DNA of 46,576 nt. Source: a virus. This document shows positions 29,288-35,746 of the stretch, piece by piece. The notes beneath the pieces are model-generated. The model had not been told where the DNA came from. It saw only the letters and a program-made list of their open reading frames with translations, and ran no database searches. The translations under genes and the position numbers were made by a program. The DNA lies in the IMG/VR virus record IMGVR_UViG_3300025381_000024. One strand, 5' to 3'. Each line of letters starts with the position of its first letter. The first letter of the stretch is position 1.

Positions 29288-31579
29288 ATGTCTGATGTGA
29301 TGGTGAATAATACTTATCTGGGTGGTGAATTAATGAACCTGCTCAGTTCTGAGAATATCCAACCAGGTTCACAGGCAGGTTATGAATTATGCAAAATCAT
29401 TTGGGAATATCACCCATTAGGCGGTAAATTAGTTGAAAAGCCAGTTCGCTTGGCTCTTTCAAAACCCAGAATTATTACTGTAGATGCAGAACCAAAGGAA
29501 ATGTTGGTCGAGGCATTTCAAAAAGAATGGGAAAAATTAGGTGCTACTAATCATATTCGTGATGTTATGTTTATCAATCGCACTTATGGGGCTGGTGGAA
29601 TTGTTGTGGGTGCTGATAAGATTCCTACTACTGAGCCTATTGATCCTTGGCAGCTTCCTGATCTCAACATTTATTTTAATCAGTTAGACCCATTAAACAT
29701 GGCTGGTTCGATTGTTACAAACCAGAACCCAAATGCGCCAGACTTTCAAAAACCTCTTGCATACACTACTGCTGCTGGTCAGCCTTATCATCCTAGCCGT
29801 AGCGTGGTGGTATTCAATGGCACTCCTATCTACTTGTCTTTCCAATCTAGTGCTTTCGGCTATACAGGTCGAAGTGTGTTTCAAAGGGCATTGTATCCAT
29901 TAAAGTCTTTTGTTCAGTCGATGATTACCGATGACCTGGTGACTTTTAAATCAGGTCTGATTATTGCCAAGCAAAAACCTGCTGGGTCTATTGTCAATCG
30001 CTTAATGCAAACTGCTGCTGGTATTAAGCGCACTTATTTGCAAGAAGGCGGTACTGGCAATGTGCTATCAATTGATATTGATGAAGAAATCAACTCCATT
30101 GATTTGACCAATACTGCAACTGCAATGACAACTGCCAGAGATAACATCATTGCCAATATTGCTGCTGCTTCCGATGTCCCTGCAATGCTACTCAAAGATG
30201 AAGCATTTACTCAAGGCTTTGGTGAAGGTACTGAAGATGCAAAAGCCATTGTCCAGTACATTGATGGCATTCGAGTTGACATGGAATCTTTGTTCCGATT
30301 CTTTGACAAGATCGTAATGCACCGAGCCTGGAATAAAGAATTATTTGAATCTATTCAATCTGCCTATCCAGAGCAATATGGCAAGATGACCTATGAGCAA
30401 GCATTCTATTCATGGAAAAATGCTTTCAAACCTGAGTGGGAATCACTCATGGAAGAACCGCCAAGCGAAAAAGTCAAAGTTGATGACATTAAGCTAAAAG
30501 GTGTTACTGAAGTACTTCGTACAATGCTGCCAGTTATTGATCCACAAAATAGAGCAAATTTAATTCAATGGGCTGCTGACAATTTGAATGAAATGCCAGA
30601 TATGTTCCAAAGTTCTATGCAATTGGATGCTGATGCAATCGCTGAATATGAAATTCCAGAACAAGAACTTAAAAACTTACCTAGATTGGATGCTTATTTT
30701 GCAAAGGGGGATTGGGCAAACCCCACCCCAAAAGCTGATGCTTTCATAGAACAAGACCATCCCAGGGATGCGGATGGAAAATTTACTGCTGGCGCAGGTA
30801 GTAGCGCAGCAACCACTACTATGCCTGGTGGTCGAGCACAAGCCCCATATACTGTGGCAGCTAAATCTATTCCACAACCACCAGAGCCACCAAAGGCAGC
30901 AAATAAACCTACAGCAGCAGAGCCACCTAAAGTTCCAACCGCCAAAAGCGCAAAAGAGCATTTAGAAGGAAAGTTGCAAAAGAAAGATGTAGATCGCTTA
31001 CCAAAAGAAAAACGCAAAGAATTTGAAGAAATGTACCAAAGGGCTGCCCAAAACAAAAACAAGTTTGATGAGACCAATGCCCAGATCGCTAAAGAACTTG
31101 GTGGTAAAGCTGCGGTTGTGCCACTCAAGGGTTCAGAAAGAGCAGTTGATAAGATCACCAAGTCTTACAATAATGACCCATCCAAAATTAAAGATTTGCT
31201 CAGAACCACTATCGAGATTAATTCAGTAAAAGATGTGCCAAGTGCTATCGAGAAGATTAAAGCCCAATATGGTGAGCCAGCAAAATTAAGAAATCTTCTT
31301 GATCCTAATGTCGATTCATTAGCAGGGTCTGGATACCGAGACATCAATATGGTGGTTGAAGTCAATGGTTCTTATGCTGAGATTCAAGTAAATATGCCCC
31401 AGATGCTAGAAGCAAAAGAAAAAGGGCATAAGTACTATGAAGAAGTTCGTATTATTGTCGAGGATGCTGAAGTTCAAAAAAGACCATTAACTGCTGATGA
31501 GCAGGAAAAGGTTAATGCAGCCAACAATAAGATGAAAGAACTTTATGATGCTGCCTGGGAATCCATCACCAAAGCCTGA
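29288..31579 (+). CDS. Portal protein fused to a C-terminal RelA/SpoT-like nucleotidyltransferase domain
   Basis: The ~480-aa N-terminal core is portal-like by position after terL and by size. It is followed by HPRDADGKF, a Pro/Ala/Lys-rich linker, and a C-terminal domain with PLKGSERAVDKI, DLLRTTIEI, SGYRDINMVV and AEIQVNM...GHKYYE. Confidence 0.7.
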   Translation: MSDVMVNNTYLGGELMNLLSSENIQPGSQAGYELCKIIWEYHPLGGKLVEKPVRLALSKPRIITVDAEPKEMLVEAFQKEWEKLGATNHIRDVMFINRTYGAGGIVVGADKIPTTEPIDPWQLPDLNIYFNQLDPLNMAGSIVTNQNPNAPDFQKPLAYTTAAGQPYHPSRSVVVFNGTPIYLSFQSSAFGYTGRSVFQRALYPLKSFVQSMITDDLVTFKSGLIIAKQKPAGSIVNRLMQTAAGIKRTYLQEGGTGNVLSIDIDEEINSIDLTNTATAMTTARDNIIANIAAASDVPAMLLKDEAFTQGFGEGTEDAKAIVQYIDGIRVDMESLFRFFDKIVMHRAWNKELFESIQSAYPEQYGKMTYEQAFYSWKNAFKPEWESLMEEPPSEKVKVDDIKLKGVTEVLRTMLPVIDPQNRANLIQWAADNLNEMPDMFQSSMQLDADAIAEYEIPEQELKNLPRLDAYFAKGDWANPTPKADAFIEQDHPRDADGKFTAGAGSSAATTTMPGGRAQAPYTVAAKSIPQPPEPPKAANKPTAAEPPKVPTAKSAKEHLEGKLQKKDVDRLPKEKRKEFEEMYQRAAQNKNKFDETNAQIAKELGGKAAVVPLKGSERAVDKITKSYNNDPSKIKDLLRTTIEINSVKDVPSAIEKIKAQYGEPAKLRNLLDPNVDSLAGSGYRDINMVVEVNGSYAEIQVNMPQMLEAKEKGHKYYEEVRIIVEDAEVQKRPLTADEQEKVNAANNKMKELYDAAWESITKA

Positions 31580-31761
31580 AAAGCCGATGAATTAATTGGT
31601 AGCATAAAGACACCCTTCATATCAAAGGGTTGAGGTTCTCCATTGATCCAAGCTGCAACCATTGGAATACCATCACCAGCATTGACTGATACTGGATATT
31701 CATCTTCTGCTGTTACATAGAAAATAGCCGATGGACTAATCTCATATTTGCCTATTTGCAT
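31543..31761 (-). CDS. Hypothetical protein (72 aa from ATG 31761), convergent with and overlapping the portal 3' end
   Basis: An AAAGGAG Shine-Dalgarno sequence lies 5 nt before the second ATG (31761). A TGATACAAT extended -10-like sequence (minus strand, about 31780-31788) lies upstream. The 3' end overlaps the portal ORF by 37 nt. Confidence 0.5.
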   Translation of the reverse strand: MQIGKYEISPSAIFYVTAEDEYPVSVNAGDGIPMVAAWINGEPQPFDMKGVFMLPINSSAFQALVMDSQAAS

Positions 31762-31813
31762 ATAGACTCCTTTCATTAAATTGTATCATACATCTACCCC
31801 TATAGGATAGAGC

Positions 31814-31838
31814 AAAAAGCCCACAAGGGGCTTATTTT
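31814..31838 (-). terminator. Rho-independent terminator of the leftward island operon (hairpin flanked by A and T runs, so possibly bidirectional)
   Basis: The minus strand reads AAGCCC-CTTGT-GGGCTT followed by TTTG. On the plus strand it is preceded by AAAAA. Confidence 0.6.
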
Positions 31839-32028
31839 AATAGCGATTCTTTAATAATCTTTTTGCTGCTGCCAGGCGAAGATCATCCGCTTCAGAATTA
31901 AGACCAGGCAAAATAGATAATGCTCGAATCATATTCTTTAATGCAACTTTGTCAGAATTGCCAGCAATTCGCAAATCCGCATACTTCGCAGGATTATTAA
32001 TTTTCAAATCTTCATAATAGCTAGACAT
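31837..32028 (-). CDS. Hypothetical protein (63 aa), island
   Basis: The CACGAAAGG leader (32037-32045, minus strand) lies 8 nt upstream of the ATG. Confidence 0.6.
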   Translation of the reverse strand: MSSYYEDLKINNPAKYADLRIAGNSDKVALKNMIRALSILPGLNSEADDLRLAAAKRLLKNRY

Positions 32029-32046
32029 TTTATTTCCCTTTCGTGG

Positions 32047-32277
32047 TTATCTTGGAATTTCCAAAATCATATTGCCATCCATGATTTCAAACAAAATCGC
32101 TTTGGCTCTGTTCAAACTCTGTCTGGCTCTTTCATTCGCACCCACAGCCAATTCCTCTTGAGCATCACTCATAAGACCAGCAACAACAATACCAGCCCCA
32201 CCCAACTTGTAGCTGGCTGATGATCTGATCTGCGCTATAAACTGCTCAATGTCGCAACCATACATTTCCTGACTCAT
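32047..32277 (-). CDS. Small protein, paralogue of 19501-19746
   Basis: 76 aa. About 55-60% identical by eye to the early-operon copy, with an invariant MSDAQEE.AVG..ERARQSLNRAK core. Confidence 0.7.
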   Translation of the reverse strand: MSQEMYGCDIEQFIAQIRSSASYKLGGAGIVVAGLMSDAQEELAVGANERARQSLNRAKAILFEIMDGNMILEIPR

Positions 32278-32420
32278 GCTGCACCCCTTTCTTGAAATTG
32301 CTGGATAACTGCCCTAGCAGCAGCAGCCCTGCCCATTTGACCTTTTGCCAAAGCCAAAATCAAAATCCCCTGGGCTTGGGCAATACTGAAAACCTCGTAT
32401 CCATACAAAGACAAACTCAT
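32274..32420 (-). CDS. Small Ala-rich protein (48 aa), first gene of the leftward island operon
   Basis: MSLSLYGYEVFSIAQAQGILILALAKGQMGRAAAARAVIQQFQERGAA. The CACGAAAGG leader lies 8 nt upstream. The stop overlaps the next ATG. Confidence 0.5.
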   Translation of the reverse strand: MSLSLYGYEVFSIAQAQGILILALAKGQMGRAAAARAVIQQFQERGAA

Positions 32421-32455
32421 TTCAAACTCCTTTCGTGATTAACTACTACACTTAC

Positions 32456-32484
32456 ATATTAATACTTATTAGGTATAAGCACAA
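32456..32484 (-). promoter_or_regulatory. Leftward island promoter (TTGTGC-17 nt-TAATAT)
   Basis: The minus strand reads TTGTGCTTATACCTAATAAGTATTAATATGTAAGTGTAGTAGTTAATCACGAAAGGAGTTTGAAATG. Confidence 0.55.
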
Positions 32485-32540
32485 GGACTATTTCACTATT
32501 TGTTGTATTTGTGCAAAAACAACACTTTAGATAAATAGAT

Positions 32541-32569
32541 TTGACACCTATACTAAATAGGAATAATAT
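32541..32569 (+). promoter_or_regulatory. Rightward island promoter (TTGACA-17 nt-TAATAT)
   Basis: A consensus -35, a 17-nt spacer and a good -10, followed by the leader ...GTAGTCTTAATTAACCACGAAAGGG and ATG 32609. Confidence 0.65.
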
Positions 32570-32608
32570 AAGAATGTAGTCTTAATTAACCACGAAAGGG
32601 AATTAAAA

Positions 32609-32782
32609 ATGCAGATCGACCAAGCCATTGCAATTATTGAGGAATATCGCCAGGACTGTGGAATTGGGTTCTTGGAAGCCTTGATTGAAATTCGTCAGAA
32701 TCCAGAGGAATTTAGCGAGCAGCAATTGATCGCTTATCGGGTTTTTATGAATGATGCTCGTCAGATGTTTCAACCAGCTTGA
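32609..32782 (+). CDS. Hypothetical protein (57 aa), island
   Basis: MQIDQAIAIIEEYRQDCGIGFLEALIEIRQNPEEF... The CACGAAAGG leader lies 9 nt upstream. It is below the ORF-track cutoff. Confidence 0.55.
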   Translation: MQIDQAIAIIEEYRQDCGIGFLEALIEIRQNPEEFSEQQLIAYRVFMNDARQMFQPA

Positions 32783-32791
32783 GGGGGTTTT

Positions 32792-32989
32792 ATGAATTTA
32801 TTGATTGCTGAAAAAGTTGGCGGTTCTTTTCAAAAAATCGGTGTCATGAATGGCGATGAGTTGCTTGCAGATTGTTTGCTTGCTGTCGGTCTTGCCTACA
32901 ATGCCAAAAGGTTTTTTGAAGGAGATTCGGCAGCAGTTTCTCTGGATTATCAGTTAGAGGGTATTGAGTACAGAGTTTTAAAGTTTTAA
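32792..32989 (+). CDS. Hypothetical protein (65 aa), island
   Basis: A GAGGGGG Shine-Dalgarno sequence lies upstream. The gene is compactly placed. Confidence 0.55.
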   Translation: MNLLIAEKVGGSFQKIGVMNGDELLADCLLAVGLAYNAKRFFEGDSAAVSLDYQLEGIEYRVLKF

Positions 32990-33015
32990 GTAGTTCAACC
33001 ACGAAAGGAGTTGTT

Positions 33016-33258
33016 ATGAAATACCAATTAGATGTTAGTCGTGATGTAGATGCGGATGACGATGCCTATATGCTCTGGCTGCCATTCGGCTTTAGATTTT
33101 CAGATGATTTAGTTCATGTTCGAGGTTTTGACACTATGGCTGAGATTCGTCAAGCTGCCAAAAATGATGTTATTCCCTGCGATTGTGAAGATTGCAAGTT
33201 GAATATCAAAGAATTGGCTGCCAAGAAAGCATCTTTTATGAAGGAAATGCTGAAGTAG
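33016..33258 (+). CDS. Hypothetical protein (80 aa), island
   Basis: The CACGAAAGG leader (33000-33008) lies 7 nt upstream of the ATG. Confidence 0.6.
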   Translation: MKYQLDVSRDVDADDDAYMLWLPFGFRFSDDLVHVRGFDTMAEIRQAAKNDVIPCDCEDCKLNIKELAAKKASFMKEMLK

Positions 33259-33265
33259 CAAAAAT

Positions 33266-33290
33266 GCAACAACCCTAAAAAAGTTGTTGC
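33266..33290 (+). promoter_or_regulatory. 8-bp hairpin GCAACAAC-(9 nt)-GTTGTTGC overlapping the -35 of the next promoter
   Basis: Read directly. It is not followed by a T run, so it is not a classical terminator. Confidence 0.35.
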
Positions 33291-33314
33291 ATTAATACCT
33301 AATAGGTATATACT
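33287..33314 (+). promoter_or_regulatory. Rightward island promoter (TTGCAT-16 nt-TATACT)
   Basis: It is followed by GAAAGTGTAGTAATTAACCACGAAAGGAAAATTATG. The ATACCTAATAGGTAT and GTGTAGTA.TTAA.CACGAAAGG segments are shared with the 32456 promoter unit on the other strand. Confidence 0.55.
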
Positions 33315-33347
33315 GAAAGTGTAGTAATTAACCACGAAAGGAAAATT

Positions 33348-33680
33348 ATGAAAGAAGTTGAAATCTGGGCTGGCAAAAAAGTCATGGCATACCAGGATGC
33401 TGACTTGGTTGAAAAAATGCCCTATATCAAAGCTGCTGAGTCTGTCTGGTATCAAAGCTGGTTGGACAATGGCGGTGAGGATGTCGGTAGCTGCTGCGGT
33501 GGCAAAGCGATTCGGATTTACTACTTGGGCAAAGGAAAAAGAAATGTTGTAGAAAAAAGCATTGTGCCTTGTAGCTTTGTTCAGGGAAATGTGGCTGCTG
33601 CGAAATCAGTTGCTCCTGCTTTGGAATTCTTGGCTGCTCATGGGATTGTCGGTGAGTATTACGATGGTTGGATGGATTGA
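33348..33680 (+). CDS. Hypothetical protein (110 aa), island
   Basis: The CACGAAAGG leader lies 6 nt upstream. Confidence 0.6.
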   Translation: MKEVEIWAGKKVMAYQDADLVEKMPYIKAAESVWYQSWLDNGGEDVGSCCGGKAIRIYYLGKGKRNVVEKSIVPCSFVQGNVAAAKSVAPALEFLAAHGIVGEYYDGWMD

Positions 33681-33685
33681 TTAAT

Positions 33686-33699
33686 GCCCCTTCGGGGGC
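33686..33699 (+). promoter_or_regulatory. GCCCC-UUCG-GGGGC tetraloop hairpin (copy 1), fused to the CACGAAAGG leader
   Basis: ATGCCCCTTCGGGGGCTTCACGAAAGGAAT. There is no T run, so it is more likely a processing, stability or attenuation element than a terminator. Confidence 0.5.
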
Positions 33700-33717
33700 T
33701 TCACGAAAGGAATCAAA

Positions 33718-33969
33718 ATGGCAATGGCTTATAAAGAAATGGTTGTGTTTGCGAAATATGTTTATAGCTTCTATGGCGATGGCGGTATTTATGATATGGG
33801 AGTTCCCTATGAAATCATTAAGCAAGCTATCCGCTTTTTGCAATCAAAGGATGGTCGCAAGTATCGCTACGGTATTCCTGTGTGTGGCGATTCTGTAGAT
33901 CGTGAGCATATTCGCATGATCTTGGAAGAAGAATATGGGTATTGTGAAAAAAAGCTACAAGCTGCTTGA
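33718..33969 (+). CDS. Hypothetical protein (83 aa), island
   Basis: The leader CACGAAAGG lies 7 nt upstream. Confidence 0.6.
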   Translation: MAMAYKEMVVFAKYVYSFYGDGGIYDMGVPYEIIKQAIRFLQSKDGRKYRYGIPVCGDSVDREHIRMILEEEYGYCEKKLQAA

Positions 33970-33993
33970 CATTATCCTAAATTAGTATATTAT
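33966..33993 (+). promoter_or_regulatory. Rightward island promoter (TTGACA-16 nt-TATTAT)
   Basis: A consensus -35 overlaps the stop of the previous gene. It is followed by ...GTTGTAGTG... and the AAGGAG Shine-Dalgarno sequence of ATG 34035. Confidence 0.5.
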
Positions 33994-34034
33994 TAAGTTG
34001 TAGTGTTTATTAATCATCAAATAAGGAGTTAATC

Positions 34035-34532
34035 ATGGGTTCAATTAGTAGTCATGCTGGTGCTGCCAAAATGGTTCGCCAGTTTATGAAAGCCAAAGGC
34101 ATCGCTGGTCAAGTTCGCAGCAAAAGCTATAGCATGGGTAGCAGCATTCATGTGTATGTTCAGGATTTGCCCCCAGCGCAATATGCTGAGTTGAGCAGCT
34201 ATGTCAGTCAGTTTGAGTATGGTCACTTCAATGGCATGGAAGATATTTATGAGATCAGCAATCGCAGGGATGACATTCCCCAAGTGAAATATGCCTTTGT
34301 TGACAATAAAATGAGTGATGCCTTGGGTGAAAAGATTTACCAGTTCATGAAAGGATATTACTCTGGCATGGAAGGTGCTCCAGATAGTTTCAAAGATGCC
34401 CATAGTTTTTACAACATGAGATTCAATGGGTATGCAAGTCACTTGGTTTACAAGTTATTTGCTGGTGGTTATATGCACAATGAATATTGGATTTCAGTTG
34501 GTGTCATTGCTCCAGAAGTAGAAGCTGCTTAA
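34035..34532 (+). CDS. Hypothetical protein (165 aa), island
   Basis: Strong AAGGAG Shine-Dalgarno sequence. No motif I can name with confidence. Confidence 0.65.
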   Translation: MGSISSHAGAAKMVRQFMKAKGIAGQVRSKSYSMGSSIHVYVQDLPPAQYAELSSYVSQFEYGHFNGMEDIYEISNRRDDIPQVKYAFVDNKMSDALGEKIYQFMKGYYSGMEGAPDSFKDAHSFYNMRFNGYASHLVYKLFAGGYMHNEYWISVGVIAPEVEAA

Positions 34533-34537
34533 TTGAT

Positions 34538-34551
34538 GCCCCTTCGGGGGC
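34538..34551 (+). promoter_or_regulatory. GCCCC-UUCG-GGGGC tetraloop hairpin (copy 2), fused to a CATGAAAGG leader variant
   Basis: ATGCCCCTTCGGGGGCTTTCCATGAAAGGGAAT, a near-repeat of 33683-33712. Confidence 0.5.
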
Positions 34552-34571
34552 TTTCCATGAAAGGGAATAGT

Positions 34572-34748
34572 ATGATAGATAAATTTTTAACTTTAGAAAA
34601 TGCCAAGGCTTATGCTGCAACTCAGGACAAATTGCTATTTTGCGAATATTTGACAGACTTGCCATTCCAAAGCAAAGCATTAGAAAAGTTTGAATATGAA
34701 ATGTTTGTGTTTGCCCTTAATTTAGGACTTGTATCAGAAGATGACTAA
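34572..34748 (+). CDS. Hypothetical protein (58 aa from ATG 34572), island
   Basis: ATG 34572 lies 6 nt after the AAAGGG leader. The upstream in-frame extension in the ORF track would run through the hairpin. Confidence 0.5.
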   Translation: MIDKFLTLENAKAYAATQDKLLFCEYLTDLPFQSKALEKFEYEMFVFALNLGLVSEDD

Positions 34749-34950
34749 AACTAGAAAAAGGGGTGGTCTTGGTACTACCCCAAAACCAGAAGAAATTATT
34801 GCAGCCAGGGCTGCATTATCTCAATCCAAAGCTGCATCTTTAATATATACTACCCAAGCAAGATGGTCAGATTATGAAACTGGCAAAAGTCGTATGCACC
34901 CTGCTGCCTGGGAACTATTTTTATTAAAGATACAGAATGACATTTTTTGA
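34741..34950 (+). CDS. XRE-type helix-turn-helix protein (69 aa)
   Basis: LSQSKAASLIYTTQARWSDYETGKSRMHPAAWELFLL fits the HTH_XRE pattern (q..aA.l.g.s...is.wE.G.r.p). It overlaps both neighbours. Confidence 0.6.
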   Translation: MTKTRKRGGLGTTPKPEEIIAARAALSQSKAASLIYTTQARWSDYETGKSRMHPAAWELFLLKIQNDIF

Positions 34951-35737
34951 AGTTCTTACTGCTGCCATTAATGACTTTATTGAATATGGCTTTGATTCTC
35001 AAAGTCGAGTAGACAATTGGCTTAAAAAGATTAAAGAAGCAGCAGAAAAGGCTTTGATGTCAGAAGCCCAGATGCAAAAAGAAATGGAAAAGTCTTTAAA
35101 TGCAGCCTTTTCTCGCCTGGTGACTAAAGGCGGTCTAGTCAATAAAGAAGTATCCAAATATGACATTGACCGATTAAAGCCAAAACTTAGGTCTGAACTA
35201 GATCGCAGAATCATGGCTTCTGCAAACTTGATTAAATACAATCGAGAGCAAAGTATTACAGATGTGCTCAGAAGATTTGAAGGTTGGGCTACATCCATTC
35301 CTAAAGGCGGTTCACTCGCAGTAGACCGCAATAAAGAAAAACAAAATATTAAAAAGTCTTTAGCAAAAATGCCTTTTAATCAAAGGCGAGTTGTAATAGA
35401 TCAAACCCATAAATTGATTTCTAACATTAATGATATTGTCGCTGTTGATAATGGCGCAATTGCTGGTAAATGGCATTCTCATTGGAAACAAATTAATTAT
35501 GATTACCGCAAAGATCATAAAGAAAGGGATGAAAAGGTTTATGTCATTAGAGGTAATTGGGCAAGCGAAAAAGGATTTATTAAAGCCACTAATGGATATA
35601 CTGATGACATTACCACTCCAGGTGAAGAAGTATACTGTCGCTGTTATTACAAATATATTTACAGTTTGCGAAAGATGCCTGAAGAAATGCTTACAAAAAA
35701 AGGCAAACTAGCGTTACAATCGTCAAAAATACTGTAA
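34937..35737 (+). CDS. MuF / SPP1 gp7-like minor head (head morphogenesis) protein
   Basis: The C-terminal GKWHSHW...TPGEEVYCRCYYKYIY resembles the P..H.NCRC end of the MuF family. 266 aa, at the head of the capsid-assembly genes. Confidence 0.7.
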   Translation: MTFFEVLTAAINDFIEYGFDSQSRVDNWLKKIKEAAEKALMSEAQMQKEMEKSLNAAFSRLVTKGGLVNKEVSKYDIDRLKPKLRSELDRRIMASANLIKYNREQSITDVLRRFEGWATSIPKGGSLAVDRNKEKQNIKKSLAKMPFNQRRVVIDQTHKLISNINDIVAVDNGAIAGKWHSHWKQINYDYRKDHKERDEKVYVIRGNWASEKGFIKATNGYTDDITTPGEEVYCRCYYKYIYSLRKMPEEMLTKKGKLALQSSKIL

Positions 35738-35746
35738 GGTAGTTTT

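Noticed and set aside
30677-31365. ORFs antisense to or out of frame within the portal linker and C-terminal domain (30694-31161 minus, 30677-30961 minus, 30768-30965, 31023-31229, 31165-31365)
   Set aside because: These are open frames created by the Pro/Ala/Lys-rich, stop-poor linker. The products are low-complexity and there are no ribosome-binding sites.
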